Positions 1-13,100 of a stretch of 64,000 bases of DNA are shown here, piece after piece. Source of the stretch: Phoronis australis (taxonomy: Eukaryota > Animalia > Phoronida). The stretch is taken from positions 404,664-468,663 of the forward strand of contig NMRA01000358.1 of the NCBI GenBank assembly GCA_002633005.1, read 5' to 3'. A model generated the notes under the pieces. It saw only the letters and a list, made by a program, of their open reading frames with translations, had not been told where the DNA came from and made no database searches. Every line of letters starts with the position of its first letter. Position 1 is the first letter of the stretch. Made by a program: the position numbers and the translations under genes.

Positions 1-434
1 TTTCACAAAAGACACGAATGATGTCAAGGGGTGTGCTCAAGGGGGCCGTGACACCTCTAATCATTGCAAAATAAGACTTCAATTCAGAATCGTGGATATA
101 ACTTTGTAAATTTCATTTATCCTGAAAGTAACAAAACACAATTCATGCTCTTTTGCTTTGGGATAAACATCGTTGGATAATAATGTACATAAAGCAAAAA
201 GCGCTGTAGTTACCAAAATAAAACCTTGTTTTACACGCCTGTCATAGATGTGGCAGTATGCTGAGATGGATGTGGCTGAGGAAGGCACGTAAAGGAAAAC
301 GTCTGAAGTGTTTCTTGACTAGTATGTTGCAGATAGCGATCGTTACATGAGAGGTCGATATGGAGTACAACTACTCCTCTGTGCGGAAAAAGCTAGTGAA
401 TGAGAGACAAATTAAGGGAGAATATACAATAGAG

Positions 435-639
435 CAGTGGCGGATCTAGGATACCATAAGAGGGGGCCAACATGTTGCCTCGGGAATTGGACAGAGCTCG
501 ATTGCATGTGCACAGCCGGCCTGAACGGGGCCTGGGGATGTGGACATTTTCTTCAGAAAATCAATCAGAGGACTGAAAAAAACGGGGACACGATTCCGCC
601 GCGGTCTGGGGTCTGCGCCCCCCCCTAAATCCGCCTATC
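435..639. mobile_element. MITE, CAGTGGCGGATC family, 5-bp TSD
   Basis: Starts CAGTGGCGGATCTAGG, ends CCTAAATCCGCCTATC (imperfect TIR). TAGAG is duplicated at 430-434 and 640-644. Related copy at 25338-25646. Confidence 0.8.
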
Positions 640-644
640 TAGAG

Positions 645-1863
645 GATAGAGTAGTTACTTATCGGCGACCTGATTGTGTATTATTAACAGTACGGTCTTT
701 GTTTCAAAAATCAAGGACCTTGAAGTTTCTTCGGGTCAAACCATCGTATCTCTTAATGTGAGTGCACTATTTACCCGCATACCGGTTCCTGACGGCTATG
801 ACTATTGACGAGAAGTTGGACCACGATCAGTCATGGAAGCGAAGAACCAAGTTGAACAAGGACAAATTAATACTTGAATTCTGGCAAATTTGTCGGACTA
901 CATATTTCTGATACAGAGTAATTTCTACAAAGAACAACAACACGGTGCAGCCATGGGCTCGCCCATTAGCCCCATTGTGGCTAACCTTTACATGAAAAGT
1001 TTCAAAACTAGAGCTATTGCTCCGGCTGACCATTATTACTGTGGTACCACTACTGAGACGACACCTTTGTCCAGATCCAAGAGTACTTCGTTATTGAATT
1101 TCTAGATCACATCAACTCGGTAGATCCTCACATCAAGTTTATCATTGAGCACCCATCTGATGACAAACCTCCGTTTCTTAACACATGCATACATATCAAA
1201 GGCGACAGCAGCACGAAGGTCACTATCTGCCACAACCTACCCACACGTGCCTGTGCCAAATTATAGTCAACGTAGACCTTCCGCACGTTCACGGTCTCTC
1301 GGAAAACTATCTGACATCTTCAGAGAATACCAGGTGGGCACCTACCACAAACTATTCAACACCCAATTGAGTGCTTTAGTACGCCCAAAAGAAAAGTAAG
1401 ACGACAATAAATGCGGGGTGACACATATTGAATGTCGTATAACCCACATTTCAAAGCAGGAAATGTTTGGATAACCTAGAGTGCACAACTAGTACCGCCA
1501 TCTATTTTCAAAACTGAAACTAAAATTTTCATGTTTGGCATTTGCACCGTGTAGATATCGGAATGCGCATTTTCAAGACATTTTCTTGAAAATTAAAAAT
1601 AGTGGGTTATCAGGTTCATGCATGAGAAACAGTCTAAGTCAATAAACGACAACTGAACAGAGATAGTAGATATAAATTACTAGCTGTTTACCAAAGCCTC
1701 ATCGCAAGTTATAGCCACCAAGTGGTGTTGTACACCACCAAGGGCCACCCACTGGTGACCATGTGACGCAAAGACTCCCACCAGTACCCCAAAAAGGCCC
1801 AGGACGGGCTTGAAAGGTGGGTCCGCAAACACTAACTGGTCGACGATAGGTAACTACTCTATC
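645..1863. mobile_element. Non-autonomous TIR element hosting a Penelope-like fragment
   Basis: GATAGAGTAGTTACTTATCGGCGACC (645-670) is matched in inverted form by GGTCGACGATAGGTAACTACTCTATC (1838-1863). Confidence 0.6.
780..1430 (+). mobile_element. Degenerate Penelope-like retroelement RT fragment
   Basis: Frameshifted peptides YKEQQHGAAMGSPISPIVANLYM, (Y*)DDTF, FLDHINSVDPHIKF and LPHVHGLSE match typical PLE RT and linker motifs. Confidence 0.8.
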
Positions 1864-3337
1864 TTCTGTACTATGTAACGGCGACAGCTTTGAACTGATT
1901 CGTTCTAAGAATATACAAATAATCCAATCAAATAAGATGTACAAATACAGGTAGCACAGCTCTGATGAGTCTAAGAACGGGGAAATAACAGAGCATCTTC
2001 TCTGAGAATGAGTGGGATAGTCCACAAGAGGTAAACAAGTGGAAGTTGTGTAATGAGGTAATGAGGTGACTAAAATTAATAGAAGGCCAGCAAACACATT
2101 CTACAACAATAAGCGTCAAATCTATTCGAGTGTTGTGGTTGAATGTTTTTCGTGGCCTCCACGTCACACATGATCAAGTCCAGTAAGTCGAAGAGTACCA
2201 AAACCGACAAATCATCTTTGTCATTTTCTTGATTACTGCAGCACCACTGACTTGAGTGGGGATACGTGTAGCCGAAACAAAAAAATGGAGCACCAAGCAT
2301 ACGCGAGCGTGAATGTTACTCACAATTTCCGTGTTTAACGCGTAGCCGAAGCTCTCTATTCTTAAGAAACCGACCCTCGAACAAACACTTCATGTGTCAG
2401 AGTATTGTAATACCAGGGATTGTTGGTCACAAGATAATCAGTTTGGCTATACTCCTTTTTGAAATTTGTGTTCAAATCACTTGTAAAATGCAAAAATGCT
2501 TCTAGCGACATCTGTACGTAAACCGCAATATATCTGAGCAAACAAAATTGTCCAACTACAGTGGGTTCCTACAAAATACAGTGTATGTTTTGAACGAAAT
2601 AAGTAAAATGGTGATGATCGCCATTAGTACTCGAGTGAGTACAGTTTCGAAAATTCTCTTTATAATTGAAGCGTCTGAGCAAACTTTGGTGATTAAGCAA
2701 TGACAAACTATTCTTTTGAAGCCTTAAACTCGCCTCCAATTTTACTGGGGATAATTAAAGACCAATTTCATAACGGTAAGGCGTACATTTCATTAATTAA
2801 CGGAAAGAGGTGTCTATCAAAACATATTTTCATGACGAAAGGTTGATCTTCAGCAGGTTTAAGCTGAAATATTTACCATTTTCTTACCGNAGTATAGGCT
2901 CTCCAGCGATATCTCAGGCTACCGGCAGTGGCGCTGGGCACTACGACTCCGTTTCCGTCGTCTGCTCTACCGTGCAATGAAAAAAATTACTTCATTTTTT
3001 AAAGAAAATGGAATCTGAGTGATGATGAAAAAACAGAAGCTGCTGGTAAGATGTCAATTTTAATCCAAGCCTTAATGAACCACTCTGAAACTCTTATTTC
3101 TCTCTTTGTCAAACCTTAACTTAAGACGATTTCCAAAGCAATCGCGTCATTATTGCCAACACAAAAAAACGGATTTGGTCTTTTGGGCAATTGAGGACTA
3201 TTTTAAATACAACAAATTTGTTACGAACTGATTGCACAAAATATAAAACATGTAATAAGCATTACAAAAGAAGGTTTCGCGAGCAAACGCTGTGGACCAT
3301 AAACAAGTAGGTCTCTTATTATCAAATTAGGTGTAAA

Positions 3338-3405
3338 TCGTGGTGGTGTAGTGGTAAAGCACGCGCGCTATATCCACCAGGTCGTGAGTTCGAGTCTATG
3401 GCACT
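3338..3405 (+). other. tRNA-derived fragment (SINE head or tRNA pseudogene)
   Basis: A-box-like TGGTGTAGTGG and B-box-like GAGTTCGAGTC at tRNA-like spacing; no convincing acceptor stem. Confidence 0.4.
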
Positions 3406-4088
3406 TGAAGTTTTTCCAGTTTGACACTGTCTCCGTTTTTTTTTTATTTGCTTTTTTTTCTTGGATAATACTTCGGGAATCAAAGAAAATGCTTGATTTT
3501 TAGAGGAAAAAACAGAAAAATTTCCTGGAGGAGGGTTTGCCCCCCTCCCGACCTCCCCCCATTCGGTGCTATGCACATCTACAATCGTGCTTTGAGCAAA
3601 TGTTTACAGACAAAATGTTGGCCCCCCCTTGTGATTCTTAGATCTGCCACTGCTTGGGCGGATATTTGGAAAACGACCTCTCGCAAATATCAACTAAAAC
3701 AGAATCTACACCAGGGCTTGTTTTCGGAAAAGGGTGCTTATTTTCGGAAACTTTGTCATTAAAATTGTCCTTCATACTGTGCTAATACGGTTAGTTACTA
3801 ACAAAGTCGCACAATATCGTTAAATAACAGTCCGGCATTTGAGTGAATTCGCGATCCCAAAATATAATACCTTTTCAAAATAAACAAAATTTTACATCAG
3901 AACCTTTTGCATAATTATTTCAGAACAATCCATCAGATTTTCAAAACCTACAAACACTTACTGAAAGTACGTCCAGTGACGTCGTTTTGGAAACGTTTCT
4001 GAAAATACGCCCATTATGTGTACTTTTCAGTGTGTGGCTATTTGCGGAAATTTCCCCGTAAATATTGAATATCGCTTATCTATTACAG

Positions 4089-4133
4089 AGTGCCAAGGAT
4101 CAACTAATGTCAACAATCGTCTACTTTGATCAG
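4089..4133 (+). CDS. nAChR exon, 45 nt (loop D region)
   Basis: ttacag|AGT...CAG|gtgagt; SAKDQLMSTIVYFDQ, equivalent to the conserved 45-nt DEKNQ..T.VW..Q exon. Confidence 0.85.
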
Positions 4134-7100
4134 GTGAGTAGCGGTGTCTCTCAATGCGCAGGGAGTAAATTATACCTAACACATGTTCGATACAAGACCA
4201 GTGCAAGGCTACAAACAAGTATAGCGTTTAGAGGGGGTGGGGAGTTGTACCGCGAAAATCGAGGATGCAGCTCCGAGACTGAGCGTGCAAGGATCTTAGC
4301 TGGAATCAGTTTAGAGGTGCATCCATTGGACTGTTAATAGGGCCGTCCCAGACTCGAATCTCGTTATATTTACCTGCAATGCCGTAAACATCCGCCTGGC
4401 ACAGTTACTGTCTCGTTTTCGTGACATTGGAGTTTCACGTGTAATTTGTTGTTGTATCATTTTTTACACTTTTTTCTCGGTTGTCTAACTCTGTTCGTCC
4501 TTCCAATGCCAGCGAAGTATTAGTGCTGTGCTGCGGGCTGCAGCGACGTTTGAAAGTTTGATAAACAGCACAAATGCCCGTGGATGCGTAATGTGAAATT
4601 CTTTGCCTTTCCGACATCACCGACTAGAAACACGAAAATGTGTCTGATTTCCAAAACGAGGTCACGCGCTTTCTTATCTGCTCAGCAGATTAAAGCTCTA
4701 TTGCCGTGTAATCCGGGACAGCCCTATTGACATCACTTTATTCTCGAAGCAACAAAAACCATTGCGTACATTGATGGGCACTTCATTAGCAACCTAGAAA
4801 TGGTGTACGACGTACAAGAAACAGACACCGCAAAAGCGAACATGTGGTACGCAAACGCTGTTCATGAATTTGAGCTTGTAGTTGTAGGGTACTTAAGTGG
4901 ACTGGGTTGAATGTAGTTACCGGAGCTTACCTGAAAACCAATAAACTCAAACATGCTTGTCGACCTCTATCAGATGTCAATCTTGTCCGTGATGAATTCT
5001 GTCGCTCAAGCTTAGCAAAAGAGACAGTCGTGATCAAGTTAACACGGTCCTATAAAATATGCCAAGCTTGCCAATCTTAAATCCGAATTCACAGCGACGT
5101 GACTATCCAGTGCGCGTATGAATGAATCAGATGGGCAGTGGGAAGGAGTAAGTCAATAGGGCAGCTGGTATGAAATCAATGAATCAGTTAGGCTGGCTGG
5201 TAAGAATGAATCGGTTGGACCGGTGGTATGAATGAATCAGTTGGACAGCTAGCTGGTATGAATGAATCTGTGGGGCGGCTGATCAGGCTGAATCAGTTGA
5301 GAAACTGGTATGGAAAAATCGGCTGGGGGCTGGTATGAATGAATCGGTTGGGCGGCTGTTATGATAGGCCATAGTCCCAGCTCTCCTATCTTTGACCTCC
5401 ATGGCTACTTTCTGGGGGCAACGGGAACTTTGAATTATACCAATCTACAGATGTTCAAAAGTAAATTTCAAGAATACACTTGCACGTTTAGTAATAATTT
5501 TAATTTAAAAGTTAGAAAAATGTAACCTCAACTAATATGTTAGCCACCAGGTGTCAGTGCAAAATGATTCGAACAGCCAATCAAATGCCAGGAAAGTATT
5601 GTGTCCATACCTTTCCCCTTCAAAAGTCGTCTGCTTGGCATGAAAACATTCATCAGAGGACAGTCAGCTGATGTTATCCTGCTGACTTAGCTAGCCTGTT
5701 TACTACTACTAACTACATTATATAGTATTTATTCATGGATGAGTGCGCAAGTAATAGGCAATTACCAAGGGCCAAGGCTCAAAAAACAGCAGGCAGCAGT
5801 TAGGAATTGAGGGACGACAAATCAAGTGGCCACGAGTGTTATCGTACTGAAACATGTCTTGGCACATCCCTGAATCATTTTTTGTTTCACAGACAGAAAT
5901 TTTGGGACAGCTAGGACTCTGCTAAAACCATGAATTCTTGAACGAGTGGGCGATATCACAATAGACTGGCAAGATGTCTGCGGTGTTTTGCATTCATGTG
6001 TCGGGTTCTGCTCGAATTTTTGAGCTGGAATTTTCAGATATTACCTGGTCTAAGACTATTTCAAACAAACGTATCAACATTGAGTGCAAGAGAAGATCAT
6101 TGCCGATAAGTTTTTAAGTTTTTGTGAAAAAACAGAGCTCTTGTCATACGCGCACCCAAAGGTGGGGGCCTCGGGGGCTTGAACGAGCCTCGGGACCCAA
6201 TTGGTAAAGTAGGTAAAAAGGTCTGCCTCAGAGAAACAAAAACTCCGAAAAAGTAGAAAACGAGACAAAAATTCACTAAAAAGGTAGGAACTACCAAAAT
6301 TCGGCCAACCCACAATTCGTAGCTCTGAAGTATCCCGTGAATCTTAATACAAATGTCCACGTTCTCAAAAACTCGAGCCCCCCATTTTAGGCTTGGTGCG
6401 CGCATGCTTCTATCATAAGCAGTGTTACAGGCACTTAAGGGATGTAACAAAATTGAAAGAGCTCTTAAAAAAGCAAAAGGCCAAGCTGATGATGGAAATA
6501 ATGTTGAGCCCACTAGAACATTAAGGAGATTGTCACTGTCAGTTACATGTACATTTAACAGTGCTCAAAAAAAAATGGCCTACCGTATATGTCTTGCCAC
6601 CACAATGAACCATTTGCCACAAATCAAATTTCATCACAGAGAACTTCACAAACAAAAGAAAAGTTGAAAACCTATCCCAGTTCCAAACATTCAATTGTAA
6701 ATAGGCCTACATATTCTTAATTTGTGTCATTTATGGTAAATAATCTTTAGTTTAGGTCACAGAACAAACATTATGTTGCTTGATAAAATTGAAGTAATAG
6801 TCGTCTCAATCTCAGATGTACTGACAGTAGTTTTACCTACATGTGAGTGATCAGCACTGCTTTTTATGAACTTCTAAGCCTATTTTGAGACCCTTTTATG
6901 TAAAATCATGAGCAGTGTTTGGAATTTGAGAAATATAAAAATGGATATATTGCCTGTGTTCTGTAATTCATTTATCTTGAAAATTCAAATGTTGAGCAGA
7001 TTTAAAAATCTCACATTTTGAAGATTCTTGAATTGGAGATTTGCGAAGGAAAATTTTTACTCTTCCAGTTATGTGCTATTTAAAACAGGAAGCGTCAAAT

Positions 7101-10100
7101 GAAATTTTAGCTCTACAGTAAAGAAGGCGCTTTTCAATTTCAAACAAAAACTATTGCCAACATGACCATTCCTCTTTTTTGAAAGGCTGAACTACTGTTT
7201 TAAGGATGATAAAATGTTTCTATTAGTATGTTTTAAATTGTTCGAAGGCAGCTGCACAGTGCAATCACTGCTAGTAACGATGCTCATTTCTCTTAATGCT
7301 TATTTTTACTGAGCACTTAGACAAAGTGAAATTTCATTGTTGGCCGTACTGTGTGCTAAAGTGAAAAGCATTTTGGTTATCTATTTCTGTTAAATAGGAT
7401 TACTGTAACAGGTTGTCAAAACTTTTTTTGGTATGGTGCAGGCTTGCAGAGATAATTTTTAACTTTGTCTTTTCCATTAAAGTTGGGCTCAAAATTTGCA
7501 TATCCTGGTTAACTCGTGGAAGACACTAAACCGTCTGTATGCAAGCTGTACGGCGAGTCATCATCAGTTAACAAAGCCCGCTACCACATATTCAGGTTGG
7601 AATCTGTGATCTGCCTCCTTATCATGATTGTTTGCTGTTACATGGTAAAAGAGCAAACTACCAGTGTGTCATTCGCAAACGAGCCATGCAACATCATGTC
7701 AGTGTACCATCTCCAGTTGTTAATGGGTGGCTTTGGAGCGGGGTAGTCTGAAGCTCCACTGGATGACTCTGCCTTTAGCCCCAGAAAATGCCATGAAAAA
7801 TGTTAATGGCAAGTGTAAAAGAAGTGGTTGTAGTAAAAAATAATTATGTTCTTGTTTGAAGTGAGAAATGCCATGTTATAAGTTGTGTGACTGTCCAGAC
7901 TTTGTGAACACGGTGTCTCGGCAAAAAAACAACTTTTGATGACAATAATGGTGATATAAATGATGATGGAGTGGATGAAGAAACATACTTAGTGAATTCT
8001 AGGTTGTTAAAGAATTTTAAATTTTCAACCTAATGGAAAATATTGACAACATTTAATCATGCTGGTGACTGTGGGGACTGTTGGGTGTATTGTTCCCTGT
8101 GACAGTTGACAGTGAACAGCAGTGTGGATAATGATAATTAATTGTGAAAATTAATGAAAGTGAGGATAGTGGATTTGTCGCAGAAGTGTTGGAAATGTAT
8201 ATTGCTCCTATGTAGGTTGTGATATCAAGTCTTCATCAAGTTCCATCCAAATGGTTAACAGTATTTGTTCTTTTGGCAGATCAGAATATAGTAGTATGTT
8301 TTCTGGCCAACAGGAGGCGCTGCTAAAATATTTCTTTTTCTCTTTTTTGAGCAATTTTCCACCTAATATCACAATATATATAAATATATATCACTTTTCT
8401 TGTTCAGTAACTTCAAATGAACAAATCCCAATCAAATAATAATTCAGTTTTTGTCTAGTGTTGTTGGTTTTTGAAGATTGGTTTTCTGTGCCAAATTATG
8501 CAAAAAGTCAGATATTTTAGGTCAAATTTCTCGAAAAAGTACAAGTCAAACCTTGGGAAAATTTTAGATTCTTAAAGTATAGTACTTAACGACCTTAAAA
8601 CAACAAAATTATCTTGCCCCCCAAAAAGTAGCCATGGAAGTGATTTGCTAGGCTTCCTACAGTCGAATGGACTATGGCCTGTGAATGAATCAGTTGGAAA
8701 TTCATAGTGCAAACTCTCGCGGCTAGTCTCGGGGACGAAAGGTCTAATAATACAAGACAGATGTCACGTGCGGGAGCTGGCATTCCAGGGCTAGAGTTAT
8801 ATGATAAAATCCAACTGGGCCCAACGAATTGGCAAAAGTTTTATCATGGCAGCATGTTATGTATGTTTCTTTCAGGAGTGGCATGACGAATACATGGTGT
8901 GGGACCCAGCCGATTTTGGTGGTCTCCGGCATATAATGATACCAGCTAATGAGTTATGGCATTCTGATACTACTCTCTATAACAGGTGGGTGATACCACA
9001 TATTTATACGATCGACATGTATTGACTGCTGTGCAATCAACCTTTCTAAAAATCCATAGAAAAAACGTTTTTCCTGATTGAATATTGCCGTTCAATAGCA
9101 GTACAGGATTCTGGGTCTCATGGATGTCGCGAAACTTAGACACGAGTCTCTTAAAAAAAAACGATGCTACAGACATAAGGTTCACAATTTTCATGTTTCA
9201 ATTAAAAATGATGTCTCAGTTGCTCCTGTAATGGTTCGCTGCTGGCCACAACACGCCTGGCTACCACCTAGCGGGACGCAGGGAACCAGCGAGCCTGTCC
9301 GTATCACGTGACCGATCTTTGCCACTATACATGTATAGTCAACACTGTGACTGTTGTTTCTTGTATGGCTGGACTGGCGCTTCCAGCGCTTTGAGCTACC
9401 ACACTTAAGCGACTCAGTTTTGGACCAGCCAACCGTGAGTGAATGTACATGTAACATGTCCCTGTTCAAGGCCAGTGACGCGTATTCCTTTCTTGAATCT
9501 GAGTTGCTTGAAAGCGTTTTCACAAATCAAAGTGCCGTTAAGAGAAAGCATTGTAATCGTCAGCAAATCACAGGACCCAAACTGTCGCTTAGAATGAAAT
9601 ACGAAAACCTGTTGTCAGTTGCCGTTCAGAACCCCTTACTCACAGTTCTTTTCCGCGACTCGTGTGTTACATGGTTATTACTCGTCTTTGACGTTTGGTA
9701 AAATGTTTTCAAAATTCAAGACTTTAATGCACTTCCGTGGAACTAGATAGCCTCATTAAACTTGGTGAACGAATTAAAAGCCGGAGATACAAGCAGCGCT
9801 GAACATATCGTTATTTTGATTTTAGCAAAATGTCGCTCTTTTGTTACTGAAACTGGAGCTAAAGTTATTTATCGTAATCAATTTTGCCCGGGGTACGCCA
9901 CGAGCTATGTTGCAGAGTAAAACAAGAGGAGAATTGCAAATAATGTCATTTATTATGAAAAGATATCAGTTAACGGTAATCTGTTTCTGCTACAAAAACG
10001 ATGAATCAGTTCTTGCCAAAACGCATTGTGCGTTTCAATAATCTTTTAAAGGGTTTCGGCACATTTTGAAGTCGTTGTTTTACGACATTGGTTAAATGGT

Positions 10101-13100
10101 AATAGATAGTCGCCTAAATAAGGGGCATCAAACTGCAGGTCCTCTGTAAGTGACAAATATATAACGTGTAAAACATTCGATTGTTTTTAAGATGTTATTT
10201 AATCTAAAAAGTAATCATTTTTTATGTTCGTTTTTTGTTAATGTGGTGTTAAATAATAGCGCGTGACATCAAATCAAATTTCACAAAGCTGAGAATGGAC
10301 ATACAAATGATAATGTATATGAACACACGTGAGGACATTTTATGCGAATTTTTTGCGGCAAATTCAAATTTATGAAAGAAAAACTTCCCGTTTTAGTTTA
10401 CTCACCCCAATTACGTTCACCATTGAAATCTGCGCGCTTTTGAGACATTCCAATTGCGCTGTTTTATGTGACGATTTTTGACATAAAATTGCTCAACAAC
10501 TAAATTGGTGTTTTCTTTATTTTAAGAGAGGAATCCAAATTTTGGGAATAAATATCACTTGAATGCAAAAATTGCGGAACTTTTGATTTCCCAAATTTCG
10601 CGTAATTTATTCCATAAAAATCAAGCACGTGAAAAAATTGGAGATACGCATAAGCATTCCCGCCCATTAGTACGAATCTATCCTGTAAATTTCCACTTCC
10701 GGTGGACTCACTTTGGAAGATCTTTTCTCAAACATTCACTGAAACATACAAGTGACAAAGGCTTGAAATGATACAAAAAATACGGAATATTTTTCAAGTT
10801 TCGCATTTATAACTATTTGAATTCTGTAAAAAGAGGACCCGTATCCGGACACTTTGGGACTTTTTCATGAACAAAATATAAGAAGAAACGAAAATATGTT
10901 GTTTTGTGTCACCAGTGATGCAGGCATACCTTATTTACATGGAGTTTAGAAATTGGAATCTGGACCTTCTGTAGTTATCGCTGTCTATTGCAGTAAATTG
11001 AACATATTTATCAAATTACCGAATTGTGTCTGAGAGTGAACATCGTCAGCAAACAAAATGAAGTTATTTTCCAAATTATTTGGTCAAAATGAATTAAAAA
11101 TGTATATTGTCAATAAAATAAGTCTATACCATTGCTTTTAGTACTTGTTTAAATTAAAACTGATTGGAAACGTCTTCTCAGTAACTGAAGAAAGACTGCA
11201 GTCTAAAACTGTATAAAATCAAAATTGGGCCAAACAGGTTGGACGCTGGCTCGCGCAGGAACGCTGGGACGTTCAAATGATGTGTTTGGTTTTGACTGAA
11301 ATCCAATTTTAAAACTTTTGTGGAGTTATAAATTGGGACCACGTCCTTCAAGTGTTCGGTTCAGGATTGTCCGGATAAGGATATTCTTCGTACCGGCAGT
11401 GCTGTTTTTTTACTCACGTCGAGGATAGCTTTTGTACGAAAGAACGTGCCACGTGATTTTTGTTCATGACTAAAGTGCAATGTATTTACTATGTTGTACA
11501 CAAATACGTTTACAGAAATAATTATGAAAGCGACTATAAGGGACTGTTCCTCACAAAAACTAACTTTTGATTTGGACAAGCTCACCGTTAAAAACTAGTA
11601 AATGAAAACTGCGTCGAACCCCTCTAACGACAAGAATTCGCATAGTTTATGCGTAAAAGGATGTTCCCTGACGCACTCCCAGACGTAGTCCTATTAATTC
11701 TGAATGGTGGTAGCAGTGTATATTGATTTTTAACAAGCAGTGTCCAAAATTGAACGCCCTCTTGCGACAATAACATGATGCTGCATTAGTATTACGGACA
11801 CAAAGTTGACCAAACGCTTTCGACACTTGTTACTCTCAAAAGCAGTTACAGGGTTTTGCTATATGAAATTTGTTGACATTTGTTACAGACACCAAAAGAG
11901 TTGCTGCTGTGGAATCCTGCGTTTCTCCGTTTTCTGGACGCTCGAAACATTTAGGGCCATAGTCCATTCGACTCTAGGAAGCCTAGAAAATCACTTCCGT
12001 GGCCACTTTTTGGGGGCAAGATAATTTTGGTGTTTTTAAGGTTATTAAGTAGCATACTTTAAGAATCTAAAAAGTTCCCAAAGTTTGACTTGCACATTTT
12101 CGAGAAATTTTACCTCAAAAATCTGACTTTTTGCAAAATTTGACACAGAAAACAAATCTTCAAAAACCAAAAACACTAAACAAAAACTGAATAATAATCT
12201 GATTGGGTTTTGTTCATTTGAAGTTATTCAACAAGGAAAGTGATAAATATTATGGCATTAGGTGGAAAATTGCTCAAAAAAGAGAAAAACTATAATTTTA
12301 GCAGCGCCTCCTGTTGGCCAGAAAACATACTTCTATATTCTGAACTCCTACAAAAAGAATTATTTTGTTAACCCTTTGTAACTTGATAAAGCTTTGACAT
12401 CACAACCTACATGTGAACAACATACATTTCCAATGCTTCTGCAACAAATTTTCTGTCATCAATTTCATCGTCATAATTAATTAACATTATCCCACAGTGC
12501 AGTTCACTGTCAACCTGTCACAGGGAACGACACACCGAGCAGTGTCAGTCATGAGCATGATAAAATGTCCATATTTTCCATTAGGTTGAAAATTCAAAAT
12601 TCTTTAATAACATACCATACACTTATTATGATTTTTCATCATCATTTATATCATCATTATTGTTATCAAAAGTTGTTTTTTGACTGAGATACCGTGTTCA
12701 CACAGACTGGACAGTCACACAACTTAGAACATGGCATGCCCGACTTCAAACAAGAGCACATTTGTTTTACTACAACCACTTCTTTTACACTTGCCATTAA
12801 CATTTTTCATGGCATTTTCTGGGGCTAAAGGCAGAGCCATCGAGTGGAGCATCAGACTACCCCGCTCCAAAAGCCACCCATTAGCAACTGGAGATGGTGC
12901 ACTGACATGCAGTTGCAAGGCTTGTTTGTGAATGACACACTGGTAGTTTGCTCTTTTAGCATGTACCAGCAAACAATCATGATGAGGAGGCAGATGACAG
13001 ATTCCAACAGGAATATGTGGTAGCGGGTTTTGTTAACTGATGATGACTCGCCGTACAGCTTGCATACAGACGGTTCAATGTCTTCCAGGAAACACAAATT

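Noticed and set aside
1955-2000. Hammerhead-like CTGATGA-GTCTAAGAAC-GGGGAAA motif
   Set aside because: Extra bases before GAAA and no proper stem III or cleavage triplet; too degenerate to call.
3338-3405. Functional tRNA gene
   Set aside because: A and B boxes are present, but acceptor and anticodon stems cannot be folded convincingly.
1-4088. nAChR signal-peptide and RPV-containing first exons
   Set aside because: No convincing spliceable match was found by eye; they are probably upstream of the window.
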